Origin: Eutreptiella sp. 'Long Island Sound 2002'
Taxonomy: Eukaryota; Protista; Euglenida
Assembly: GCA_964036045.1 (NCBI GenBank)
Contig: OZ038378.1
Location: 150,846,001-150,910,000, forward strand
Length of the DNA stretch: 64,000 nucleotides
Reading direction: 5' to 3'
Shown here: one piece after another, positions 22,274 through 35,499 of the stretch
Numbering within the stretch: position 1 is the first letter of the stretch
Layout of the letters: the number at the start of each line of letters is the position of its first letter
Made by a program: the position numbers and the translations under genes
Notes under the pieces: generated by a model
The model's database searches: none
What the model was told of the DNA's origin: nothing
Seen by the model: only the letters and a program-made list of their open reading frames with translations

Positions 22274-24057
22274 TAAGGGCACAGAGGTACCTATCTTCAT
22301 CTGCGTCAATTGCTGGCGCGAAGTCCACCGTCGCATTTTCCTTGACACCCCCCGTTATAAGCAATTATTACGGTGTGCGGACGCGCGCGACACTCGGTTT
22401 CTGCTGCTTTGGCGGCTAGCGGATACATTCTCCTTGAGCTTCTTTGGTAAGGACTGTGCTTTCTCCTTCCAACATGCTACCTCCCTCCTCCCTGATGCCG
22501 CTCCCACCCAATGTGCGTGCATGCACGGTCGCTGTCGACCATCTGCCGGTTGTCAATCGCTTTATGCCCCGCTACTGGCCACTGCATGCTCCAAACTGAA
22601 GGAATTAGGACCGAATTTTGGGCACGAAACCTTGCTACTGCACCCCCCCTGCATGACTTGCTCTCCCCCTCTGTTCTTGCGCGACGTGTGCGGAGCACCC
22701 TGCAATCTTGTCCTGATTTTCTTCTACCCATGGATGGGCCAAGTGTTTCCGCGCCGCCCGCTGATGGTCCTGCCAGTTCTGTGGACTTCCCACAGGCAGT
22801 GGCGAATGCACTCCCTGAGTTTTTTTGGAGTCCTGCCTCGCGTGTGCCACACCGCAAGGTTAGGCCTGTAGCAGGTGCGCGTGCTCAGCTCTGTCGACCA
22901 CCGCGCGCGGGTGCCCGCGTGTCCACCTCTGTCGCGGGTGCCCACCAATGCCTGACTGGGCACGGCCCAGCTTGCCAGGCTGGGTCAGAACGCCCCCCTG
23001 GTTCCTCGGTGCGAGAAAAACCCGCAGCCTCTGCTGTACCCCTTCGTCGCCTGACGAAGGGGTCCTTCTCTCTCTCTCTACTAGTGATGCCTCCACTCTG
23101 CCACCCCAACATGCGTGCATACAATTGGGTTTGCGTGATGTTCCTGTGCGTATGGGAGTGCCTGATGTTGAAGTCCTCGTGAAACACAAATACCGGGAGG
23201 ACTTAGCTCACGCGCCGGTGAAGGTTCGAGAGATTTTGCGTCACGGCGGCCACCCTTTTCGTCTCGCAAATAGAAAAATGTCTCGCTGCCTCTCGTTGAT
23301 TTGGAAGTTTGCTGAATCCTTACCGTCGTCTGTGGAAGTGGTTTCCATGGGAAATTTGAAGTCTTTTGTGCATAAGCTACGCGGTGAGGGTGCAGCGCCG
23401 GGGCTGTGGGGCGAATTGGATGTTGTAGAAATGAATCTCAATATTCCGCGCCCTCTGCCCATTGGCGGATCAGCGTCCGCCCAGTATCCCAGCACTGTGC
23501 TGATGTACCTGGAGCGCAACGTGTCTTGGAGTACCTTTCCACCCCGCATGCGGTACCGCGACAACTACTTGTTTTACCTACGTGTGTCCGATCCAGCGCT
23601 GCTTCGGGACCCGGGTGAGTATTTGGCCGGTGTCTCTGAGCGCTTGCAGGATGCTGTAGGGCTACCAATACAGGTTGACGGCCTGGGAGAGTCCCTGGAC
23701 TTTCTTGAGTCCACTTTGTGTTTTACGGATGGTCTGCCGGATATAGGCTTGAAAGTGCCACTGGCGTTTGCTCCACGGGGCTCGCCGACACCACCAAAGT
23801 TTGTGAAAATGGTTGACGGGCACAGCCCCAATGCTCCGCGAGTGCTGCAGTCCTTTATTCCCAACATTTTTCGTAAAGCTAGCTGGTACCGTTTCGACGA
23901 CCTCCGGTTTGTGATTAATATAGGACACATGATTCGTTTGCTGTGCACTAAAGGTTACCCATCAGCACGGTGGAGGCCCACCATGTTTGCCAAGGCGGCA
24001 GCTCTAGACATGAGCTACCTGATGCATGTGGCATCGGCCCTGGGTGCGGATGAGTAG
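22270..24057 (+). pseudogene. RT of PLE-1 copy B, frameshifted, with a deletion between motifs A and B
   Basis: DKG start, ELDVVEMNLNIPR joined directly to PIGGSASA, then RYRDN. The segment at ~16925-17170 of copy A is missing. Confidence 0.85.
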
Positions 24058-25134
24058 CAGCCATCTAATCTGTGTGTACCCATGACGTGAGTTTTCCACC
24101 TCGGGATTAGGCGCCGTGATTTGTTGCACGTTCATGTGGGGCTGGTTTCTACCGAACTCTGTGCTGAGTGCAGGACACCTCATGGCTACTATCTCTCCTC
24201 GCTTGCAGAAACTGATCAATCGTCCGTTTCTTCCGCTTTTTTGCTTTGCTGGGCTGTGGGTCTGCTGTGCTAGCGTGGCCTGTACCCTGTCAACGGTGAA
24301 ACACGAGTGGTGGAAACGTGGGCGGCCAGTCGACACAAGTGAGTGATCGGACGTACCAACAAGGAAAAAATATATTGTATGTGACGTGGCTCAGAGATAA
24401 ATAAGCAATGAATAAGCAATGAACCTGGCAACCGGAAAAACATCTCATTTTCAGTCTGGCTCTTCGCTCCATGTTGTGCCACTGACGAGGGTTTTGCCAC
24501 CCGATTGTGTTGTACGTTGCTTGTTGCTGTAGTCGTATTTTATCTCGTTCGCTTTTGGTCACGTCGTGCCACTGACGTGGGTTTGCCGGCCTGCTGTGTT
24601 CACATTTGCTGGTTGCTCAAGTCGTGTGCCAATGGCTCGCGACTCACAACGGTGCTCGGAACCCTCGTGTTATATTTGTGGCAAGGGCCCGAGGATATTG
24701 ACAGATATCCGTGGCATATGCCCGGGATACGACAGCCACGGATATCAGCCATGTGCTGAAGGTCTCGTCAATAGTCACACATGGGAACACGCGAGGCAAA
24801 TGCCCCGCCGCAAACTATGGAGAGAGTGCAATTGCGGTCCAACAACAGCCTACAATTCAAATCTTTTGGATGGACGCTTTGTAAAATGGCCACTTATCTC
24901 CCACCGCCTGCAGGGTGATAGGAGGAGGTGGGGTGGACGACAAGGGGGGCTCCGGGGACCGGGTTGCCTTGAAAGTGATATGCGAAGCACAACCGTTTGA
25001 CCTTGGCTGAAGTGCATATCACATGCCATTGGAGGAAAGGTGTTGAAGCAAACAGAGTTCTTGAGTTTTTGAGCATAAATTTCCTCCGCTTTCTATAATT
25101 GGCTTTACACGTTACATGTCAATTTCAATGAAAC

Positions 25135-25797
25135 ATGGAAACTCTCCGACATTTGTTCAATGATCTACCTGAGTCAGTGTGTGATGTTGTTGCGCATTAT
25201 TTGATGTTAATGCATGAACAAAATATACAACTATGTACCATGAGGGACAAATTGGCCAGTTTGGAAGGATCACGGGCTATTGCTGTAATCCCGCTATCTG
25301 GTACTACGTCCTTTGAGCAGCACATGCATGTACCTGACCTGTCTGTTGCACTGTCCTGTGGAGATAATAGCGAAACATTGACAGGTTCTACATCTGCTTC
25401 ACTTGCTACAGATGACAGCTCCTGTGATGCTTTTGTGGGGGACCCCCATACAGAGATGGAGCCAGACGAGTTGAATGGTAGACTGCATGATATAATGCGA
25501 TACAATAGATGTTGGGGGCGAATGTGGGAAGGGTTCTGTGATTGTGCTAACCTGAGGCAATGGGACACCATTGGCCACGTAGAGATTGCACGTTTCCTGC
25601 CAGATGCACAAAACGTTTTGTCCACGTCACACCCTGATGCTGCTATTCCTTTATCTACCAGGATACGGGGGGGGGGTCCGGAGGCTACGGGTGCCTTTTT
25701 TTTTCTCAACACCGTTGGGGGTTTTTCGAGGTGGTGGATCTGGGCTACTTACCTGTTTTTTTTTTCAATCCAACACGCATCTATTGATTTCTGCTAG
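25135..25797 (+). CDS. Unknown protein (ORF X), paralogous to ~49490-50138 and partly ~50640-50690
   Basis: Shared LCTMRDKLASLE..DLSVALSCGD..EMEPDEL..RCWGR..W..IGH.EI..HPDAAI; both copies adjoin CTGCGGCTACGG motifs. Confidence 0.5.
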   Translation: METLRHLFNDLPESVCDVVAHYLMLMHEQNIQLCTMRDKLASLEGSRAIAVIPLSGTTSFEQHMHVPDLSVALSCGDNSETLTGSTSASLATDDSSCDAFVGDPHTEMEPDELNGRLHDIMRYNRCWGRMWEGFCDCANLRQWDTIGHVEIARFLPDAQNVLSTSHPDAAIPLSTRIRGGGPEATGAFFFLNTVGGFSRWWIWATYLFFFSIQHASIDFC

Positions 25798-26280
25798 TTT
25801 TTTGTATTTTTGTGTCAAGTGTAACCTCATCCGTAGCCTCGGAGGACATAGCCTCCATGGTCATGATGGTTCATCGGGGCTACGCATAGTTGTCTGCGGC
25901 TACGGCTCGCTTTTTTCCGTATCCTCCGCCACTTTCCCCCTATTGGGATGTGATGTTCTAGGGCGTGGTGCGGAACCCCCCCAATTTTGGGGGTTGTTAA
26001 TATGGCCGGAACCCAAACTTTCACGTGTTACATGGGTGCGCTGTGATGCTATGATGATCGTTTGCTCGATATTGCTCGTTTTGCACTTTTTGCGATTTGG
26101 TCTTTTTGTGCTCTCACTACTTAGAACGCGGTTTGAGCACTAGTTATCGCGGGTGGTATCGCGCGATAACCTAGTTATCGCGCAGGCCATCGCACTTCAT
26201 TTTCTCTTGTTCCATGTTTCCCCTCTTCGCTTTAGCTCTCAAATACGTTATATTGGCCCTTGCTGCTGCCCGCGCTTGGT

Positions 26281-29200
26281 TCCGGGCCGGCGAGTGCTGC
26301 GCACTGCGCAACGCCCCTCCACTTCCCCTCCTTCACATTTATGGTGTATGAGTCACTGTTTCATTAGAACTGGCAGGACCACAGCTAGCGCTGTGAGGCA
26401 CAAGCGACCATCGGCGCCGGAAAGAATCCGCAGATCCCAGAATCGCATGTTCAAAAGTGAGGTCTGGGACTGAACTTCGGTTTCCGTGGTTCAATTTCTG
26501 ATTTTTTTAGCAATAATTTCTTTTTTGATGCATGTTTGATTTCCTGACACCTTCAGATCGGCTTTTCAGACATGCAGCGGAATGACCGAATGTTGTTAAG
26601 TACTACTGTGGTTTTCCCTGCCGCTCTCCTAAATTGACCCGACACACCATCCATCCTGTCCGTGCAGATTGGTCGTTGGGTATGGCGAGTGAAAGCATGA
26701 TACACTACGGTAATACATGTGAACATGGTATGTGCTCAAGTAAACTGCATAGGCCAAGAGGAACACCAAATGAAAGCGATAGGCTGCAGAGTTAGTGTGG
26801 AACGCGGTAGCGGTGATGTGCTTTGCATGGAGAACGCGACGTTCAATACTATCTGCAGATCATGTACATGTGAACATTCTTGGTGTTTGCACTCGTCTTG
26901 CCCCTCTTGGCTCTCTAACAACTGTGGTTTAGACGCTGCTGCAATTCAAAGCGCCGTTCATAAGGTCTCCCACAACAATACCACGGAACGACAGGTCGAA
27001 CCAAGCAGAACTGTTGCAGCAGGTACTCCAGCTCTTGCAACATTCGATGAATGAGCATCCACGATCTTCGAGGTTACGAGCAGCGCAGCCCCGAGGCGGG
27101 CAAAACACGAACACACGTGATCAAAGAGCTCCTTCAAACAGTACGCCAAGACCCCAAGTGCATCTCAGTGGCGTTCAAGTTCATCAGCAGGGCAGTTCAT
27201 ACGAAATGAACAAACCGTGTTTCTTCGACTTTATGTGTGGGCACTGGAGTGGCAGCCATACGGAGATACCATCGCCCTGGCCTTCAGAGATCGAAGCCAG
27301 GTTCAAAGGTGGCAAACCAGCATGGTTTGCAGTGTTTCATGAACACCAGGAAGGAAAATGAATACAGCGCGTTGCGGAGGACCGCGATGTGGACATGTCC
27401 AACTGGCCTGAAATGAGTGAGCTTGATAGGATAATCTCCATTGCAGAATGGTCATGTTTGGTTAAACATAGTTGGAAGCGCATGACAGACGGTTCCGACC
27501 AACATACCACACCTCCGCCACCCCGTAGGCTGTTTACGGCTGATGACCTTGCTGGTGCGAAGAACAAACGTAAGAAGAAGAAAGCAAAAGGCAAGCAGCA
27601 GGCAGATCCGGCAGCGGCACCGAACCTACACGCTGAGGAACAGCCACGCGCAGCTATTGAGCAGACATCAATGCATGCCCAGCCCAAGACACGGCGCGAC
27701 ATGTCGCACAACGTCCTTGTCGAGGCGCAGCTCTAGGTGAGGGCTACGGACAGTGCAGCGGACATGGCAACGCGGCATAAGAGCCGACGTGACGTCCTTG
27801 AAGGTGTGCAGGATATGGATGTAGATTTCACGGCCGGAGCTTTCTTACCGAAGGGAACTGCAAAAAGGCGGCCTGGCGAGCGTGAACACAAACAAGGGGC
27901 CTTCAAATTTCAGGCAAATGATGTGAAGGTGCCAACGAGTCGTCCACCCACAAGCATAAGTTTGGCATCTGCTCTCAATCTTGCGCAAGGTGTCACAGCC
28001 ACTGTGGATGTAGAACAGCTCGAAAACGAAGTCCGCGGGGTAATAAGTGACGTGCCTGTCCTCAAAGACTCCGTTGCTTCACTGGAACATAGCGAAGTCA
28101 AGGGTGACGTGTATATGGAAATGCTGCTGCAAGCTCAAGGGCTTTTGCTGGACCAAGCCAAGTCTTGTATTGAAGCAGGCAAGCAGCATTTGCGACTCTC
28201 ACAGCAGCATCGTGGTTTATTCACGCCCTCAGCACCCCCGACAACGCACGAGCACCCGCCCAAAAGCACGAACCTTGCCAAGGCGTCACCGCAACCCCGT
28301 GCAGAAGGACTTGTCGGGCCTAGTCCTCAGCAGGGCAAGGACCATGCCGCCATCGAGGTCGAAGACCTCTTCCAATCGGATTCTTCACAGAGGACTTGCA
28401 AACGCGAGATAATGGAAGGGGATGCACAACCCTCTTTGGTCATGATCTCCACAATGAACCCACGAGATGCAAAGCCCTTTTAGGCGTGGGAAGAAGCGGC
28501 AATCATGGGTGCACTTGTACAACGAGGTGGTGAGCAAGCCCTGCAAAATCTCAAGTACAAAACGAAGCCGGACGTAGTGGCCACCTTGAGTCATCTGCAG
28601 AGGCAGGACTTCCCTTTATTACTGGAATCCTTGAGGGCAGAACATACACACAGTGGTGGACCACAAGGTGGGGACAAGTCTGTGTAATTACGACCAAGGG
28701 GGCACTCGGTTGGGCCGTAGGTGTGCCAGCGCAGCGGCCGTTTTTGGCAGGGTGATGATGGTCCCACATTGTTAACGCCCGCCACCAATATGACATTGGA
28801 CTCACGCATGTCTTCTCCACGGCGGAAGCCGCCGACATCAAAGTTCAGCAGCTAAACCCTCCTCTCAAGAAGCCGTGCACGGAACAGAGCAAGGACCACG
28901 GCCTGCCTGAAGGGCCGGAACGTGCGGGGCCAGACCAATTCCTGCAGCGGGACAACCCACAGGAGCCTGCAGCATCAAGCGGGTGAAAGCGTCGACCAAA
29001 CCCTCTCCCCGACGACGTGGCTTCCAAGAGTGGAAACCAAGGATCCAGGGTGCTCAGCTACGCAGCTGCACTTGTCCCCGACGGGATATGTACGGAATGA
29101 TGAGTTCAACCGAACGCCTGAGTTCGACGTCAGCAGCAGAGAACTGGTCTAAACATCCGAGACCAGTCCATGAAGACCCATTGTCTTTGATATCATTGTT

Positions 29201-32200
29201 ACAATAAGTGAGTACTTGCAACGGCTGTTTGCCGACTTGCTTGAAGCTGGCCGTCATGCCGTTGTGTTACAACTGCAAAAAGTCGTGCAAAGGGAAACCT
29301 TGATTACTGCCATCATGACAAACCTTGGTGCAGCCAGGCATATTGAGCTGCGTCCGCCAACCCATGTTGAGTCAAACCCCCCGGTACCAGCAGATGACTT
29401 GCCTGCTGATGCCTTAGAGAGTCCTGAGTCCGGTGCCAGGTGTGATCACACAAGGGCCTTGGCCCGGGGGAGCTTCGGCGCCCCGTAGGTGTGGACTGGC
29501 TTTGGCTATTAGTGGTTCTGAGGTATCCAGAGTGTTTTGGGTACGTGTGTACCCCCCCCCCCCCGTTTTCCGCACAATTCAGTGCGTGCTGCGACAGCAG
29601 AGCGGTTCCCCCACCCCCCCCTTATTTCCCCTTGGCCGCCGGCGGGGACTGCAGTCTCCCTCCCTGCCTGTAAATAGATGACTCTGAACGTTCTTTATGT
29701 CAGTATGGACCTGAGCTGATACGGGGGCCGAATGAGTGCCAGCGTGACCTTTGTGTGATCGCACCGTGTGGGCAGTAACCAGGGGTAGGTGGTGCATGTA
29801 GCGTGGTGGCGTGCGTTTTGCGGCCGCGTGCGTATTGATGGAGCGCCTTTCGGCGCGTCGCTGGGTTGGGGTCTGAGCCCGGGGGAGAACTCGGCACAGA
29901 GGAGCCTGGTTGGGTTGGTTTCCGGTGGCACGTGGAGAGTAGCGGCGCTTCCCTCTTGGACGTGGACGCTGGCTGTTGTACACATATGCAAGGCGAGTGT
30001 ATGATATGCCAGACGGCGTGAACATGGAAGGATGCAATGGCTGCGATGGCTGTGGGCGGGGTCATCCAGCGGCTCAGTTTCCGACCCTTGTGAGCCAAGG
30101 GCAGGTAATGGTAGTGCACAGCACAGAGCCCACAAATGCCTCCCACTGCTAACTGACCCTGATGACTTGTGGATCACCCAACTACTAAATGCACGTACAG
30201 CACCTAAGAAGAAGCTGCTGCTTTGTCGCACGAGCACAAGGTTGTGGGACCTATATATGCAAGCCCATGGCTGTACCACATGGAACCAGGTAAGTTTAGA
30301 AATGATCGATGCCTTCTCCACAGATGGAGCAGCGATCTTGTACGATACGAGGAGGCACCGTCTGTCGAGTATCTGGGATAGGTTCACAGGTGGATTTGAA
30401 GCGATGTTACAAAGTGCCTTAGGGGTGAGTGGCCCCTTCTCGGGGGCCCCTCTAACCACAATTTTAGCAGCGTTTCATACGCCGGCTACAGAGTTTATGC
30501 CCTTTTCCACGATGCACTCCCCTTTATCTGAAGTGCTACAGCAGCACGAGTTTGTTTTCCTGAGATCAAACCACCGTCCCTCGCCCTTGTCATCCAGGAA
30601 TTGAAAATCCTGGATGACAAACTGCGAAATCCCCTACCCTTACGCGGTGTTTTGCTCTTGAAGCGTGACGTCAGTGAGACATGGAACGTGTGGGTTGAGA
30701 ACTGGGTAGAGAAGGGAAGAGCACACCTGCTCATCGCAACACGGACGATGAAGGTTAGACACTCTCACCCGGCTCAGGTGAAAGAAAGCGGCGGTTTGCA
30801 GATGGGCCGTGGGAATTGTACATTATTGAGGCAGGTTCACGGCCCCTTGGATCTATGGGACCCAAGTAACAGATGCCCTGCAAGGGTTTACTAGGTGCAA
30901 AAGGTATAAATTTGAGCACTTCCCCCTCCCGGCACATACACACACGCCTGACACCGGCCACCTACAGCATGCTGAATTTTGGAGACAATGGGATGAGATC
31001 GCACATGCACGTGCACAACTTCTGGCACAATACCCCTGCCCATGGGACGGCCTGGCGGCCACGCTTGTGCAGTCTCACCGGTTACTTCCGGTTACTTCCG
31101 AGTTGCCCGGACCGCAGGCTTAGGCGGATTGCTAGGCTGTCCCACTTATCTGACTTCGGGGATCTGAATGAAGAAGATACATTTATATATGTTCTATTTG
31201 GCCCCTTTGCCCCCGATGTTGGTCAGACCGGCTGCATTACCACAGCCAGATTGCTCATGCAACGCTACAAAGAACACCTCAGGACAGCAAAAGCATTATA
31301 CAAGCATTTTCAAAGCCCAAAACGGCGCAGATATCGGAAACTCTTTGCCTCCCTCGCGCACCTTTTGACACGAAACGGACCCGCCCCTCCGACCATTTTT
31401 ACGTTGTTGAAACTAAAGCCTAATACACAGGGGAGACAGCCGGAACGATGGTGGGTAAGAGTCCCGGCTCCCACGCTCAAGAAGGTATTACCATTTGGTG
31501 GCACATATAGACTTAGATCGGAGGCTTTGTTGCAGCAGAAGCCACCCAAGGCTGGGAACAGAACACTAACTGCGTGGATTTAGGACATCGTGAACGCGCA
31601 AGGTCAAGGCTACTCCGCCGAGCACGCGCTTGTGGTGGCCACCAAGGCGGTGGGACATGTAGGACACAAGCTTTTTGACTGTTTCTTCCATTGCGTACAG
31701 AACCTTGCGAAGGCAGCATGGGGGATCCCGCTGTTCAGACGCCTGTTGATCCGGATACCTTGCTATGATGACCAGGCAATCAAGCAGGTACAGTATACCC
31801 TCAAACGCTCCCTGTTTACAAGTCTACAAGTTGACAAGTCTCCCGCTTGTGGTATTAACGTGGTACGCACAAGCATTGACATTACTGCCCTAATCTCCTA
31901 ACACGGTGGCGGCTGCGACGCGGCCCATGGCACGCCCCAGCACCCCCTTGCGTGTTGCGTGATTGCTTTCCACCAACCAAGTTGCGCTGCAGGCGCAACA
32001 GCAAGTTGTGAACTTGGCTGAGACCCCTGTGTTGAAGTATACTACGTTGCTGGACCCGAATGCTTGGAAGCAATTAGGTCAAACAATACTTGCCAACCAC
32101 CGTTAGTGTTCTTGTACCTACCTACCACAGCAGCATGATTTGCTGCACAATAATGTAGGGCATCTAGTGTTAAGGCACTCGTGGCAGTGGGGGCTGAGAC

Positions 32201-34278
32201 TGTCCAAGCTGCCGGCATACGTGATGCGCAGTATTGCAGGAACCAAAGTTCTTCACTGCGCTCACTCCCTTGTACCTCCCATGCAGACTTTGCAACACAG
32301 GTTGCCGAAAAAACTGACTCCATAGTGCGCGTACAGCCCCTCTGATGCCACATCAGATGGCACAGCACTGATGCAACCAGAGCAGGCAATTGACACCGTG
32401 CAGGAGTTAAGTGGACTCGCTGAAGCTGAGGCTTATTAGCGTGCACGCGAAGCCCCGCATCTGCAAGCAGAAGTGGCAAAGCAGGCAAAGCTGGAACTGC
32501 CAACCCTGCAAATTGCTACTGGGCAGTTTGATAAAAAGCTAACACGGTTGTGGGGATTGTGCTCCACACTACACAGAACAAGGATCCTACGCAATGGCCT
32601 GGTGGGTGATAGATTCCAGGTGTGGGGCTGGGCAGCCTCACCTGCCATGGCAAAGGCAGTAGCCCTGTTTCAGACTGTTGACAGGGCCAGGAGTCGGGGA
32701 GTGGTTTCACACGCCCTCAGGCACGTATGGGGCGTGCCTTTCTTCGCAGTGAAGCTACTTTTTTGCAGTTGCTTGTGGGGGTCCTGTCTAAAAAAGCTAA
32801 ACACGGCACCACGCCACCTCCCTGGGACGTGGCACCACCGTCCTTTTTCAATAGGCTGGAATGGAAGTCACAGTACTGCCACCCCGATACCCCCCTCCTC
32901 AAATGGCGTGATGTCACCTCTTTTTTTAGGCACTCCTTTCGGGGACGGGGACGTCTAGTAGGACGTGCACTACAACTGGTTGTTCTCGAAATAGCAGGTC
33001 GGGTGTTTTCCTTCGGGGTTCAGAATATGTTGGGTGTCGGGGACCAAATTATGGCAGCTACGAGGTTAGTTGGCCATGAGGGGGAAATGCAATGCCTTGA
33101 GCAAGACATCGAAGAAATTTATTGGGGGGTACCCAAAGATGAAATGCCACAGAGTCTTAAGTGGGCGCTAGCCCTGTTGTCCAAAGAAAAAACTGACTTG
33201 TTTTCCTCCCTTGCCAAAGATTGACTCAACGAGCTGAACAGAGTGGGTACAACGTCCGGCGATCACTTCGCGGTGCTTACTGGGCGGCAGGTGAAAACCT
33301 ATGTTGAATTTAAGCTATTTGATAACTGTTTTTGCACCATGGGGCCGCTGATTTTTTTGCAGGGAACCACAGGGATCCCTATTGAGGGTTTCTTGAGCGC
33401 ACGACTGACAGAAATGTGGTGCATCTGGCGGGAGGTCACAGCTTTGCAGCGGGACAGTACAGTGGAGACAGAGGGCAACTTCGCTGCACACTGTACTGAC
33501 CACTTTGCACTACCTGCCACCCTGCACCTTGCTGACCTGTCAGATTTTTCTATCAGTCCTGATGACCAAGGTATGCTAAGTGAGGTAGACATTCAGCACT
33601 CCCCGAACGTCCCGGAGGTCACACATGATGACCTGGTGGAGGGAGCCTTTCAAGGGTGGGTGGTACAGACCAATGGAAAAGTTGGTTGGCTGCATTCAGC
33701 TGCCAGGTCTGACACTGTCCCTCATCTGCTCTACCCCCTGGGATGTGTCGCCTATTGGTAGACTAGGTGTCCCGTTGAAGAACTGCCCCAACAAACATAG
33801 GGACAGGGTTCGTGAATTTTACTTTGATTTCTCACCAGTCTCCGCCCTACTGGGGGAGATGTTGAGTAATGAGAGAACACCCACAGTGCAGACAGTTGAT
33901 GCTCCCCTGTGCCTCATCTCTCGCTTCCGCGACAACAGCTATCTGCTGCTGTGTAATGTTCCTGCAAACTCCCTACCACAAGTCATGCAAGCACTGTGCG
34001 CGTTACTCAGAGTGATATATGCTATTCGGCTAAAATGGGAACTGCATGGTGAGTACGTCACCCGGGGGGACGGGAAAGTTTCTAACCAGCAAGGTAGCTC
34101 TGTCAGACTACTGTGGAAAGCATGTACCTTGTTGCTGGCGGACCCGCCGAGTGATGTGGAATTGGGTTCCCGGGTTGATAGGGTTGGCCCCCATGCGAAA
34201 CAAGTTTGGAAATCCCAATTCCCGTCCCTGCTGCTGAAATGTATGTGGTATGCCCCCACCACGACAGACTTTGTTACG
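26281..34278 (+). mobile_element. Penelope-like element PLE-2 (decayed) replacing ~0.7 kb of TxA gene 1: upstream Cys-rich/gag-like ORFs, GIY-YIG, RT
   Basis: TxA homology stops at ~26280 and resumes at ~34279. Contains GIY-YIG and RT motifs. The 5' ~3 kb is assigned by position only. Confidence 0.65.
30873..31583 (+). pseudogene. GIY-YIG endonuclease of PLE-2
   Basis: FIYVLFGPFAPDVGQTG..QRYKEHLR..PERWWVR..PTL. Confidence 0.8.
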
Positions 34279-34293
34279 TTTGGAAGATCTTGA
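32727..34293 (+). pseudogene. Penelope-type RT of PLE-2 with a long B-to-C spacer
   Basis: EQDIEEIYWGVPK (A), QGTTGIPIEGFLSA (B, ~33372), SRFRDN (C, ~33922); stops and frameshifts. Confidence 0.75.
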
Positions 34294-35499
34294 GAGGGTG
34301 CCTGTCTCAGAGAAGGCACCCATTTTCAATGAGAACCCCCCCATTGTGGGCAGGCCCCAAGATTCAGGGACCCGCCGCACAGTCTACGGCAACTATTGGG
34401 GCCGCAACCACCACACACACAATCCCCACAAGCTCCACGATCGGCCGGTCCTCAAAAGGATCGCAGATTGTTTGCTTGAGACTGCGAAGAAGAGAATGGT
34501 GGTGTGGGGGGTTGGGTGGAGCTGCACCATTCTCAACATGGCAGAATTTTCGTGCTATGACCACACCCCGCAACACCTCCATCGCGATGCCCCCCCTTAA
34601 AGTGTGCCCGAAGGCATATTAATTCCTCCAGCAGTTCGGGGTTCCCTGACCCTTGGGTGGAGATGGCTGTGCCATTGCAGAGGGGCACTGCCTTCTTTTT
34701 TAATGCCCTTGCTGTCCACCGGGGGTCGGGCATTTCAAAGGCCGCGCCCACAGGTGTGTCTGATCCTCGCCTCATTGTATTTTTTGTGATTGAGCTAACC
34801 CAAGGGCCCAACCTAAGGTTCCCCTACCTGCATGTCAGCCAGGCCATTAAGTGGCCCCACCTGGGGGCGCCTGTTGCCTGGGCTACCAAGACAGCGCCAT
34901 GTGAGGGGGCGGCTAGGTGTAGGTGGAAGGTTGTGGCCAAGTGCTACGGCTGCGAGCGGGGTTTGTGCGCCGCACACAAAGATGGTCTTCGTGTGCCATG
35001 CCAGGAGGAGGAGGAGCCGGAGGGGGGGGGGGGGGGAGGGGGGGGGTGACTCCAATAGGGTCAGCATTGAGCAATGTGCTCAATGCTTGCCCCCGGTGGG
35101 AACAACCACCGGGCATTTTTTGTTGAGGGGATGGGGGGCTGGGAGGCAGGTTGTTGCCCCCCTCACCACTGAGGAGGTGGGGGGGGTGGTAGGCCACCCC
35201 GACCATTGCCCCCCTGGGCCAAGGTGTGCCATGGGGAGGCACTGTTGTGGCCCAGCATGCAAGAGCATGTTGGGATTAAGGTGCCGGCGGGCCCCATTTT
35301 GGTGGTGAGGAAGGGAACGTATGGAGGAGTGGCGAGGGTCCGCCCAGAGCTCGAGGGGTTGGCCCAGGTGGTGGAGTGGAGGCAAGTGGGGGAGTATGCA
35401 GCCGTCACGTCGTCTAGCTGCGGAGGATGAACCTGGTGCTGGACAACCCCAAGGAGTAGGCGGGCAAAGGCATGTGCCCATGTCACTAGGTGTGAATAG
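34279..35499 (+). pseudogene. TxA cargo gene 1, copy 3 (dioxygenase core, B-box-like finger, C-terminal domain)
   Basis: QHLHRD, RGTAFFFNALAVHRG, DPRLIVFFVIEL, CEGAARC..CYGCERGLCAAH, ...AKACAHVTRCE*. Confidence 0.8.

Larger units (their letters stand above)
18100..24390 (+). mobile_element. PLE-1 copy B, near full length, in tandem behind copy A: gag-like ORF1, unknown domain, GIY-YIG, RT
   Basis: Duplicated with copy A over ~21876-24390; ORF chain 18108-19617, 19908-20819, 20762-22273, RT to 24057. Confidence 0.8.

Noticed and set aside
26719-27054. SWIM/PHD zinc finger (CRSCTCEHSWCLHSSC)
   Set aside because: Spacing fits neither family cleanly; left as an unassigned Cys-rich remnant.
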